DNA of 63,960 nt, counting the filler, from Dimorphilus gyrociliatus (lineage: Eukaryota; Animalia; Annelida), in assembly GCA_904063045.1 (NCBI GenBank). It is 5 parts of 5 records of this genome, joined end to end, with 100 filler letters (N's around TTAATTAATTAA, not from the genome) between each part and the next. Parts side by side here need not be neighbours in the genome. Positions count along the whole stretch, not along the records: positions 26,171 to 40,169 come from CAJFCJ010000241.1; positions 40,270 to 51,279 come from CAJFCJ010000122.1; 3 more parts are not named here. One strand, given 5' to 3'. Below are positions 38,979 to 49,342 of this stretch, piece after piece. The notes under the pieces were generated by a model. That model was not told the origin of the DNA and searched no databases. It saw nothing but the letters and a program-made list of their open reading frames with translations. The position numbers and the translations under genes were made by a program. Position 1 is the stretch's first letter; each line of letters begins with the position of its first letter.

Positions 38979-40169
38979 ATCAAATTTATCCTATTGGAGA
39001 AGAACTTATATTTTGCTATGAATATTGAATTGTATGGTTGCACTGACTACATTCCAGACTGTTTTTCCCTAACAACATCAGATTTTGAAGCTAGAGGAGC
39101 TGATAAAACATTAAAATTAAAGTGTTTTGAAGATTGGACTGTCCTTGGTCAAAAGTTACTGTCAACTGATTCTTGGCAGAAAAATTGATTTGATTTTAAG
39201 AATGGATTCGAAAGTAATAACCAATTCTGGGCTGGTAATCAACTAGCAACCTACCTGACATCTTTCAGGGAGTACAACTGCAGAATTGACCTTTGGGCAA
39301 AAGATGGACAACACAGACACTGCGAATATAAAACCATTCATTTTCAATCAGAAATCAAATTCTATGCTAAAAGTGTATCAGAATTTTTGAGTGGCAGCTC
39401 ACCATCCAGTAAATTTTTAACTACTACAAACTTTTTTACAATTGATAGCAATAATGAAAAATCTTGTGCACAAAATACCCAAACTGGTTGGTGGTTTTTA
39501 GATGAAAACTGCTTATCAACCAATTTATTAGCTTCCAATTCAATATGGCCAATTGATCAAACAGATTTATTCAATGCTTACAATTTTAAAGTGGAAAAAT
39601 TTCTTTTCAATATAAAATCAAATAATTCTTGTAAGTTACTCAACTTTTTCATTTATTTTTTTAAATAAATTATTCTCCACATTTTGTTTTTATAAAATAA
39701 TTCTATTCTCTTTTACATAATTGTATTCTAATTTTTATTTATATAGACAATATTGCTATTGGCAAACAAGCTTTTCAAAAGAAAACTGATGGTAAAAATG
39801 TAGCTAATTTGGCAATTGATGGCGTCTTTTTATCTGATGCTACACAAGGATATTGTGCAGTCGGAGAACATACAACTGATCCTTGGTGGGTAGTCAATTT
39901 ATTCAAGCCTTTCAGTGTCTCAGGAATAGTAGTCACAAATAGGAAAGATTGCTGTTGTAAGTATAAACTAAAATCATCTATAAACAAACAATCTTCTATC
40001 ACAAATATCCATTCAGCTTCAGAATTGGCTAACTTTAGAATTGGATTGGCAAACAGTTTTTCTGTTGCACACTTTAATTCTTCCTTATTTCAACTATGTA
40101 AACATTACACTGGAACAATTGGATCTGGCATTAAAGAAGAGATAGTATGCAATAATGGACCAATCACAG
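38979..40169 (+). pseudogene. Truncated FA58C(end) - fibrinogen C - fucolectin (FTP) domain gene
   Basis: MNIELYGC (discoidin end); WTVLGQK..KN*FDFKNGF..FWAGN..CAQ..GWWF..C (FReD, TGA at a conserved Trp); NIAIGKQAFQ..AIDG..C..DPWWVVNL..VVTNRKDCC (FTP). Runs into the linker. Confidence 0.75.
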
Positions 40170-40269
40170 NNNNNNNNNNNNNNNNNNNNNNNNNNNNNNN
40201 NNNNNNNNNNNNNTTAATTAATTAANNNNNNNNNNNNNNNNNNNNNNNNNNNNNNNNNNNNNNNNNNNN
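40170..40269. other. Artificial contig linker
   Basis: N44-TTAATTAATTAA-N44. Confidence 0.98.
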
Positions 40270-40849
40270 GAGGGAATATAGACAGATGATTCAGTGTGAC
40301 TAATTTTTTAAATGGTAAATAGTTTTCTTATTATTAATGAAATAGCTTGGTTTTATAAACATGTTGCATATTTCAAGAACACATCAATAGCAATATCATT
40401 ATCACCTTTATTTTGTCGATAATTTGATGACTAACAATTCATGTGAAAAGACATTTTTACTGAATTACCATTAATAACTAATCAATTTTAATCCATAAGT
40501 TATATATATCCAATGATATAGTTAGTATTATAACTTTTTTATGCTGTTGAGTTGATGAAGTTTGTATTTTCACTAGCACATGAATTATTTTCAAGTTTTT
40601 AGGTTCGATTGTTGTGATATGTAGAAATGCTCTTAGACGGATTTTCTCTGGCGTCTAATTGTCTTTCTTTCATAGATTTCTTATTTTCGTTTAACAAACA
40701 ATGTCGAATCGATTTATCATATTCAAATAATTCTTTGAAGAAATTCAACCCTCACACATGGTCAATTGTATATCCTACTTGAAAATAAGGCCTAACAAAC
40801 ATCATTCTGATCCTATATTTCAGCTACCCAAAAAAAACACTATTAGCTA

Positions 40850-41420
40850 CTGAAAAGAAAGCCAAGTGGCACTACATCAATTTAGGAAACAATCCAACAA
40901 ATTATCTGACAAAGACAAGGAGGACGATAAAGGAGAAATGGCTCTTGTTCAAAACAATTCAAACTAAAACAAGCATAACCAATGCAACTATGAACCTGGT
41001 GATAGCATATTTATCACTTAGCATATCAGGATTCTGGCCAAAGATGCGTCGTATCATGTCTTGGATCCTGAGATTCACAAACAATTGTTATGCATAAGCA
41101 GAGAACCGATCGAAACACCCTAATATATTAACGGCTGAGTTAAACTCAGTCCTGGGTAAAGTTGGCCCTAAACCGTAAAATTGATATAAAGAAAGTCCTA
41201 AAATGATGCAAAATATATTTAGCACACAATCACAAAAAGGCAACTCTCCAAATGGCGAACCAGCCCAACTCCTGAACGGAAGAATATACTAGTCTATTTC
41301 AAGACTGTGCTGTAGATCTAGCCAGATCCATAAGCAGAACCACACAAGATGAAAAAGTATACAAGCCTCTGTTAACACGCTGTACAGATATCGCCCACAA
41401 AAATGCCTCTCATCTAGAAA
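40850..41420 (+). mobile_element. Degenerate BEL/Pao pol remnant (RNase H end to integrase start)
   Basis: Manual translation: GNNPTNYLTK..KEKWL; SGFWPKMRRIMSWILRFTNN; LQMANQP..LFQDCAVDLA..KVYKPLLTRC. These resemble BEL motifs NPAD..SRG, W..L.RV.AWILRF and QMA.LP..PF..GVDYAGP..K.Y. Confidence 0.65.
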
Positions 41421-41629
41421 GCCAGATGCCAGAGATATTATAACTAGGCCAATTTAGTCAATGGTCAATGGCTACTACGTTGCTTTACGTTACTAATCTA
41501 TTATGCTACATTTTACATTTAAAACTATAGTTGAGATATTTCTTTGCACCATTAACACTATGGAATCGAAATGTTAACCTTTGGCTTTGGATGTCCCAGT
41601 GTGAAATTCTTTAAATAACAGATTATTTA

Positions 41630-41810
41630 GGGACCGAAAGAAAACATCCCCAAGAGAGATTTTTGAAAGCAACACTTCGGATTGAAAAATGGTCAGAAGT
41701 AAAGTAGCTTTTGATTTGTAGGAGGGGTTCCATCTAAGGGTTACGGGGTAATCAAAAAGGATAGGGAGAGGCAAGGGCTAGGTTAGCGTTAAGGATGTAG
41801 ATTTATCATA
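41630..41810. mobile_element. Degenerate MITE M1-like copy
   Basis: gggaccgaaagaaaacatcc start and internal catctaagggtta..caagggctaggttag shared with 6664-6869. Confidence 0.5.
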
Positions 41811-41923
41811 TAAATAACAACAGTCATTTTTTTTTGGTGTTTTTTTTGCATCATTCTTCTTTTTCATTAATATTTCAAAAAGACAAAATAGACAAGACTA
41901 TGACATTTAAATTAGAATTCTGT

Positions 41924-44366
41924 TTAAAGTCTCCTTAACTTCTGAAAAATTGATGTGTCTTTAAATTCTTGAACAAGAATTTTGAATTCCATTATTGTCT
42001 TCAAAAAATCTCTCCAATTAATCTTTCTTGCTTGTTGGATTATCTCAAATATATATTCAGCTGTTTTTGCTGACTCATCAGTAAAATTCATTTTATTGTT
42101 AAATTCCTTGACACTATTAGATTCTACAAGAGCATTAGCCACTTTAGTAAATTCATCAGAGTAATAGAAACCATAATACAAGTGAAAATATACTTCATCA
42201 ATTGGATTTAGATTCCTTGTCCAAGAACCTCCAAAAGTTTTTGATATATTTCTTAATTGATTTTCAACAAATGATTTAATCAACTTCTTTTCAATTTTGT
42301 TCTCTTTCATTTCCTGAAATTTTTCAAATTTTTCTAAAATTACTGACCAAATATTAATTGAGAGTTTGAAACTCTTATCAAATTTGCCATCCATAAATCT
42401 AAGTAAAACAAAGGAGTAGCGATAGATAAAAAGGTCATTATTGCCAATAAAACCAAGGAAAGTACTTTTAAAATCTTGTTCTGATGATTCAAAGAGAATA
42501 CATAAAAAGTCTGATATCCAATTAGCAGAAGGTATTTTAAAACTTGTAAGTTTTTGCAATAAAGGATAAATACTTTTCAATAGAATGTCTTCATTCTTTT
42601 TAAAAAATTGTTCAACTTTTACCAACAATTTATGCTTGTTAACATTGCATTTTTTAGGATGACTCTTTAATACATCAATGAAGCCGATATCCTCAAAATA
42701 TCTATAAATATCTAAGAGTTGTCTGGCAAGTTTGATTGAAACTTTCCAATTCATTGGAATGTCCTCCATAATTAAATATCTTACATTTGTCAAGTAATAC
42801 TGGGGTATAGTCCTATTTGTAATATTTGCATTCTTGAAAAATTCTTCATCATTCTTAGCATCTAAATTTGTAAGAGAAAAGATATAAAGAGAATTTGCTT
42901 TACAGGAATGTTAGTTCATACCTATAAATGAATTTGCCAATCTACTATTAACATCTGGTGTCATTTTGAATTTTTGAATACCCAACACATTTACGGGATC
43001 GAAATAACTTAACCAGTTTTCACCATACTTCCTTGACAATTTATCTAAAAATAGCTTGATCTCACTTGGTTGAATTTTTGCAGGCCATGCTAAAAGTAGT
43101 CTAGTTTCAGATAGAAATGTTAATATTTCTTCATTAATATCCAAATATTTTAGATACCAATCAGAAGGAAGAAATAATTGTCTATATTTTTCAACTTTAG
43201 ATTCAATAGTGGTTTTTGATATTTGTAAATATACGGCTAATTTATTATATAATTCTGTAGGATCTTTAGAATTGAGTGTACTGCAGGCATAGATTTTAAA
43301 ATATTCAGTATTTAAAAATTTTTCCAACAAGAAAGAAAATTCACTTGCAAAATATTTTTCACAGAAATTTTGATTTTCTGTAACAAATTCGATGAATTTA
43401 TCTAAAATATTGTCGTGTGAACACTTGGGAAGTGCAAATACACCAGCATCGTAAAAGAATCTGATAATTTCAAAAGCATTTTGAAATATTTGAATGTTAT
43501 CATTAACTTCATCTTCTGATAGGGTTCTTGCCAAATTTACAACTGACAAAATCAATCTCTCATAACGATTATATTCACTTTGAATATTGTTATGTTCCTT
43601 TGAATAATTTGCTGGATGATAAAATAGAAATAAGTGATGTTTAAATTATCTTTAGACTACCATTTCTAGGTAAAACTGTTAACCTACCTGCTATAATCTT
43701 AACAACACCTTTAGTATGATCAACATTGGACTGTAATCTATATTTTGAGAAGAACAATTCAATTATATGTTCACTTTCCAAATCTTTTAACCAATTGAAA
43801 CCATATTTCAAAGACATGTGACTCATCATTTCAGCAAATTTATCTTCAAGTTCAGAATTTGAAAGATTTTTGCCAATAATATTTGTACGAAGATAACTCA
43901 ATAATTCCTTTAGCTTATTGATGCTTTCAATAAAATAGTTATTCTCAACAATTTTTTTTACATTTAACCTAAACTCTCTTTCAATTGTAAATGACATTTC
44001 AAAAGTAGACATTCCAATATGGAAAAATTTATCAATTGTTTCACTTAACTCTTCCAAGGTTTTTGCAGCCAAAATCTTACATACAACTTTTTTCAATACA
44101 TGCGGTTGATTTAAGATAATAAAAAACTGGCTATTTGAAACTTCATTCAACGTTCTTTGATAATTTTTTTCATCCATTGTTTTTGGAAGATCATTTTGAA
44201 TCCAACCTGTAATTTGATTTGCAACTTTCCCACAAACTTTTGATGACACAGCTAAAAAAGAAACAAATGTCTTATATTAAAACATTAAAAAATAATAAAT
44301 TCTCTTACAAATCGAATTTATTTGTGCGATCAGAAGAAAAAGAAAACAAATTGAAAACTTTATCAT
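41924..44366 (-). CDS. Orphan secreted protein, ~749 aa, 4 exons, three internal helical repeats
   Basis: Exons 44366-44309 (signal peptide MIKFSICFLFLLIAQINSI), 44251-43688, 43611-42922 and 42861-41924 total 2250 nt in frame, with phase-1 GT-AG introns. Recurrent motif S.K[YF]G..W...L.P. Confidence 0.8.
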
Positions 44367-44707
44367 TTTCAATCTTTCTCTGTTTAGGAAATGTGGTCAA
44401 ATGATACTTGAAACATTCAGATATATTTGTAAATAATAAAAATAAACAGGATATTGTATTTATTTAAAATGGGTCATTATAGTATTAAAAATTTTTTATT
44501 CATAATTGATAATCACAAATCACACATTGTCGGTTTAAGTAGTTTAGAAGACAATAGGCCTACACGAATTGTATGAAAATCAGTTCAAAAATGATTTGGA
44601 ACTTTGTTATTGGCTTAAACAGATTGTTTCTATTTTAGAGCATTTTTTAAGTAAATTTCCCGACTTTGTTCTTTTTTCTTCATTCAAATTACAAACTTGA
44701 TGACTTG

Positions 44708-44808
44708 ATAGTTTACTATTCATGAGTCTATGACTCTTTTACGATTACTCAGAGAGACCATAAAAAGCATTTGTCTGGCAATATATATAAAGCAAATATG
44801 AATGTTGT
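44708..44808 (+). repeat. 101-bp inverted repeat, left arm
   Basis: Reverse complement of 46417-46517 with one mismatch; contains tatatataaag. Confidence 0.9.
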
Positions 44809-45389
44809 AACATTTACAGTTACAGTCTATTACAATGAAAAGTTTTGTCTATTTTGTTGTGAAGGTTGTTTCAAAATAGTCTCACAATAATTCACTGTTA
44901 TTAATTTTCAATAATATTTAATATTAAACAGGTTGTTGAACCTATTATTCTTCATGTTATATCTGTAACTGAACAGTGTCATCTAAAATATTCCCTTCTT
45001 TTGTTCTCTTTAACAATGAGACTCTTTTCTATTAAAATTTGAAGCAATAATTCTTTCTGAGTTATGTCTATTCAATTATTTGTAAGTAGCAAAGCCTTAG
45101 GTAGGCTCACCTAAATCAAAACCTCAAAATAGTTAGCAGATAGATATTGGAAAGATTGGGGAAAATGTTCCAAGAGTTTATGAACATTTTCATAATTTCA
45201 AGTTTTTTTAGTCTAGTTTTACATTAGATTAGGGCTGAACTAAAAATACCAGAGAAAATATCTATAAATGAATCATTTTACCCTAAACGCAACCAAGCTC
45301 TTGTGTCTGCCTAAAGAAAAATTGTGTATTGATAGAATAATTTTTATTTTAGCAATCAGACAGTTGAATTGTCACAAAATAAAAATCTT

Positions 45390-46454
45390 TTATATAATTT
45401 GAATTTCACACAATTCAATATATTTTACAGATTTTTCCATGTGCATTACCAAATTAACAAATTTTGTTGGTAGACATTCAAAGACATTACTCAAGTTTTG
45501 CTCACATATTGACTCATCATTGACATAGACATCAAAGGTTGGTTTTTGAGTATTGAAATCTTTTCCATATATTTTAAATTTTGAGAATATTGCAATTGTT
45601 TCTATAGTGAGGTGAAGGGGATTGGCAGTAAAGGTCAAACATGTGTTTTGATCATTATCAAACAGACTTTGTTTAATTATACTCCATTTGTTATTATCAC
45701 ACTCATAAGTTTCAACTGGAAATTTTTGTTTCACTGAAATAAGGGGGAATGTGCATTTCAGTTTCCAAATACTATATTTAATACGCTCAGCAGAATCACT
45801 CAAATCACCAAGATAAATTTTTCTTAGTGGTAGTCTGGATGATTTTACTGAAAATACACCAGAGTCATTTGTCCAAGTTTCTTTATTATCATTGTAACAT
45901 CCTGCTGTAGGGGAAAACTCATTCAAACATTTTCTAGTTGAAAAACAATTACATATGCCATCAGTGAATTTTTCAGCTTCAAACTCAGTATTATCCCAAA
46001 ATAAGAAGCCGTGGGTAGTTTTTAATGATCCATATGCCAAATAAGTTATGCCTTGTGAACAGGTATGTACAGTTTCTAAAAACTGGTCAACTTCTTTGTC
46101 AGATAATCCTTCATAGGTTATTGACTTTTTGAAAGAATATTTATCCTCATACTGGTCAATGTTATACATTTCTTCAATCTGTTCGGAATTGTTGTCTAGA
46201 TGCACAATTCCTAATGTATCGTTAATCATTTCGCAAGAAATATTAACAATTTTAGATTTGGGATGAAATTGTATTTGAAAAAATCCAGAATTGAGTTTTG
46301 ATTGCATTATTGCTTGTGAACATGATACATAGACCTCATTGCTAGCCTCTAAAAATGATTTATTTAATGTTAGGAAAGAAAACGCAAGAATGTAGACAAT
46401 CATTTCGAAATCTTCAACAACATTCATATTTGCTTTATATATATTGCCAGACAA
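45390..46454 (-). CDS. Secreted, intronless protein with Caspr/neurexin-IV-type fibrinogen-like domain and a C-terminal beta-sandwich-like domain
   Basis: Likely start at 46403 (MIVYILAFSFL signal). SC..SGFFQI..ISCEM..HLDNNSE..KSITY..TCSQGITY..W..GICNCFSTRKC..C.N..WTNDSG..LPLRKIYLGD matches the Caspr fibrinogen-like segment. Confidence 0.7.
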   Translation of the reverse strand: MSGNIYKANMNVVEDFEMIVYILAFSFLTLNKSFLEASNEVYVSCSQAIMQSKLNSGFFQIQFHPKSKIVNISCEMINDTLGIVHLDNNSEQIEEMYNIDQYEDKYSFKKSITYEGLSDKEVDQFLETVHTCSQGITYLAYGSLKTTHGFLFWDNTEFEAEKFTDGICNCFSTRKCLNEFSPTAGCYNDNKETWTNDSGVFSVKSSRLPLRKIYLGDLSDSAERIKYSIWKLKCTFPLISVKQKFPVETYECDNNKWSIIKQSLFDNDQNTCLTFTANPLHLTIETIAIFSKFKIYGKDFNTQKPTFDVYVNDESICEQNLSNVFECLPTKFVNLVMHMEKSVKYIELCEIQII

Positions 46455-46517
46455 ATGCTTTTTATGGTCTCTCTGAGTAATCGTAAAAGAGTCATAGAAT
46501 CATGAATAGTAAACTAT
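46417..46517 (-). repeat. 101-bp inverted repeat, right arm (upstream region of the 45390-46454 gene)
   Basis: See 44708-44808. Confidence 0.9.
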
Positions 46518-46794
46518 GCTCTTTCATATTTTAGAATAGAGTTCTTTTCAGAAAGCAATTCATTATTCATTAAAGTAGGGTTTTGTCTTAAAAAAAGCAC
46601 AACCTTCAAACCAGCTTTTGTCTTTTCGCGCAATTTTTCACCATAATGTACTTCTCTTGCTCAAAAACCAATTCATTGTTCATAAAGTTTCAGTTATTTT
46701 TAAAAGCATACAACAAGAAGATATCATTGATTAACCCTTGTACTTTCTTTAGTTTTAAGAATTTAAAAGTTTTTGTTTACCAAAAAGAATAGAA

Positions 46795-47045
46795 ATGAAC
46801 TCTTGTGGAAATTTACTACCATCAACACGTGTTAGGGCAATTTTTTGGTGTTTTGGATTATCTTGTATAATTGGCAATACATGTTCAATTTTATACATTT
46901 TCTTAAAAACAAACAAGGCAAACAACAATTTTTCACTTGTTTGTCATCTGGAGATTTATTGACTGGAATATACATAATTCTATTATTGATAGTTGATTGG
47001 TTTTACAGAGGGAATTATATAGAAAATGATCACTTTAATAGATAG
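46795..47045 (+). pseudogene. LGR-type GPCR fragment (hinge-TM1-TM2), frameshifted
   Basis: SCGNLL..AIFWCFGLSCIIGN, frameshift, then TCLSSGDLLTGIY..YRGNYIEND..*. Confidence 0.75.
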
Positions 47046-47446
47046 GCTTGGACAATGGCTATGTTAGGGTAAAGCTATATACATTCAGAGATAATTTCTG
47101 TCTCATACGAATGTACTATTTTGTTGGCATGATGTAGATACCTTATCTTTCTCAAGGTTATGTTAAGGACAATTGCTGTAATATAATATAAATAGCAACC
47201 AGTCTCAGAGACACATAAATGAAGAATAGGCCAACAGCCGTGATCTTGTTCCAGCAGACTATTTATTATCTTTCTGTAAATTAAAAGATGGTGAGCTTTG
47301 TTGAATAATGATGAATTAGAGATATGTGCCTTTTAAACTTTTATTGTATTGTTTGTAAAGTTACAACAATCATTGTGAGGGTTTAAGGGTAAAAATTAAT
47401 TTTCATTGATATATTTTATAACAGACACAATTTTTTAGGTATTATT

Positions 47447-48436
47447 TCATCTATTGGCTGATAAAGAAGGAATGCATCTTGAACAACCAATAATCTTTAG
47501 AAATGCAATTTTAAAAGTTTCACCACAAAGACAATAGAATATACAATTAACCATATTATTGAGATGACCTAATGTTTTGAATACATTAGGGAAAACAGTT
47601 GAAGAAAACGAGGATAAAGCGTGAAAAACACCAGTCAATTGTAAGAAATTGATTACAACAACTGGAAAAGTTGTTATAATAAAGACTGTTGATAAAGATA
47701 GAGTTAAAATTGTTAATTTTGTAGTTGAGGATTTTAAATCTTTGACACGTTTGTCACCGCCAATACTGTACATTTTGGCAATGTGTCCTCGAAGATTTAT
47801 AACAATTAGTATATTTAATATTCCCATTGCAAAACATGGTAATACACTATACATAACATTGATAAGTATTATCACTGACGTGATAACGTGATTATCTTCC
47901 TTTACAACACAAACAGGAAGTTCTGGTGATATTCTTACAACACCGTCGTGGATATAAAAAAATGAAATGTCAATTAAGACAGCATAGACACTAATGACAA
48001 TTGTCACGCAAGTGCAAACTCTTCGTGTTGACCATAGTTTAGTTTTAGTTGGGAATGTTATACATAAGAAACGATCGAATGTAACAGCTACTAGACACAA
48101 GGACGATATTTGGGCAAATGTAAACGAACTGTATAAATATATTTTACAGCGTAGCCATAGAAACGTTGTATTAGTAATCATTCTTATCATAATTTCAATC
48201 ATTGACTCGAAGAGTAAAGCAATTGAGACCATCATATCAGATATTGTAACAATGAATATATATCTGAATAGAGTTATTTCCTTTAGTTTACTTTTAACAA
48301 TTGTAATTGCTGAAAGAAGATTTAAAGGAATTCCCATAATTGCTGATAGAACCAATGTAATCATTGGAAATATTTGATTTTCTAACCATGGAGGAATATT
48401 TTCATTTTCACTTTTTGTATTATTCATCTTATCCAA
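47447..48436 (-). CDS. Intronless rhodopsin-like (class A) peptide-receptor-like GPCR, 329 aa
   Basis: 7 TMs; GIPLN, ISDM, TFDRFLCITFP, VLPCF, ITTFP, NNMVNCIFYCLCG. Confidence 0.9.
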   Translation of the reverse strand: MDKMNNTKSENENIPPWLENQIFPMITLVLSAIMGIPLNLLSAITIVKSKLKEITLFRYIFIVTISDMMVSIALLFESMIEIMIRMITNTTFLWLRCKIYLYSSFTFAQISSLCLVAVTFDRFLCITFPTKTKLWSTRRVCTCVTIVISVYAVLIDISFFYIHDGVVRISPELPVCVVKEDNHVITSVIILINVMYSVLPCFAMGILNILIVINLRGHIAKMYSIGGDKRVKDLKSSTTKLTILTLSLSTVFIITTFPVVVINFLQLTGVFHALSSFSSTVFPNVFKTLGHLNNMVNCIFYCLCGETFKIAFLKIIGCSRCIPSLSANR

Positions 48437-48461
48437 TCACTTCTATGTCTATGTCTATCTC

Positions 48462-48464
<3 letters not shown>

Positions 48465-48512
<48 letters not shown>

Positions 48513-48524
48513 ACTCACTCTCTC
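48465..48524. repeat. (CT)n microsatellite immediately upstream of the GPCR ATG
   Basis: Direct reading; a shorter (CT)n lies at ~49252-49270 upstream of the LRR gene. Confidence 0.9.
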
Positions 48525-49342
48525 TTTCTCTTTTTCTTTCTTTTAAAGGAAATTTTCAAAGAGAATTTCTTATGTTTAATAAATTTCCTTTTCACTTCCA
48601 AAATCCATTTGCTAAGAATTTCTGAAATAGAATATCATTGCCTTATAAAGTGATACTGTTCATCATTTTCCTTTTTGTGCCTTTTCTTTCTTTTCCTTAA
48701 AAGAAACGCAGCAAAAACTTTTCTTGGCCATTTCCTGTGTATTGTCTAACTTGAGGAGAATTTAAAAGCATACAACTCTTATAGGGCAGTATCAGTACTA
48801 TTTTAAAAGATGTCGAGGAAATGTATTCAACTTCCGGGACCATGATTTCAATTAGCCTTCCTAAAAGACAAGGACACTACTCTAAACTAATGGGTTTTTT
48901 TTCCATAAATACCTAAATTATCCACTGTTTTGTTTGTGGACAAAATCTAGAACTTATGTACTTTTCTAACATAGGATTGTTGATAAGTACCAGTCCAAAA
49001 AGAACCAAATTAGCAGTAAGCCTCTTGGAATAGATGTAGAATTGAGAGGAGATGAATATAGAACCAATTTGTAAGGATATTCTAATGTACTACTAGATAT
49101 TTTCACTACATTTTAGGCCTATTCTCGCTTTCCCACTAGGCCAATTCAGCGTATTTATTACGGAAAGTAACATAGATATATCGTCTATAACCATGACATC
49201 GTGGTTATAGCAAACGGTGGATATCGTTAAAAACCACTCTCTGTAGAATTTCTCTCTCTCTCTCTCTCTCTTTGATTTTTTTCTCTTTTTTGCATTTATC
49301 AATCAAAAGGATAACATCTATTTCCTTGAATCTTGGATAATC

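Noticed and set aside
11322-39188. TGA recoded as Trp (stops at 11322 and 39186 fall at aromatic/Trp positions)
   Set aside because: Intact genes use TGG for Trp and TGA as stop (e.g. 59760). TGG>TGA is a common nonsense change, and both loci look otherwise damaged or truncated.
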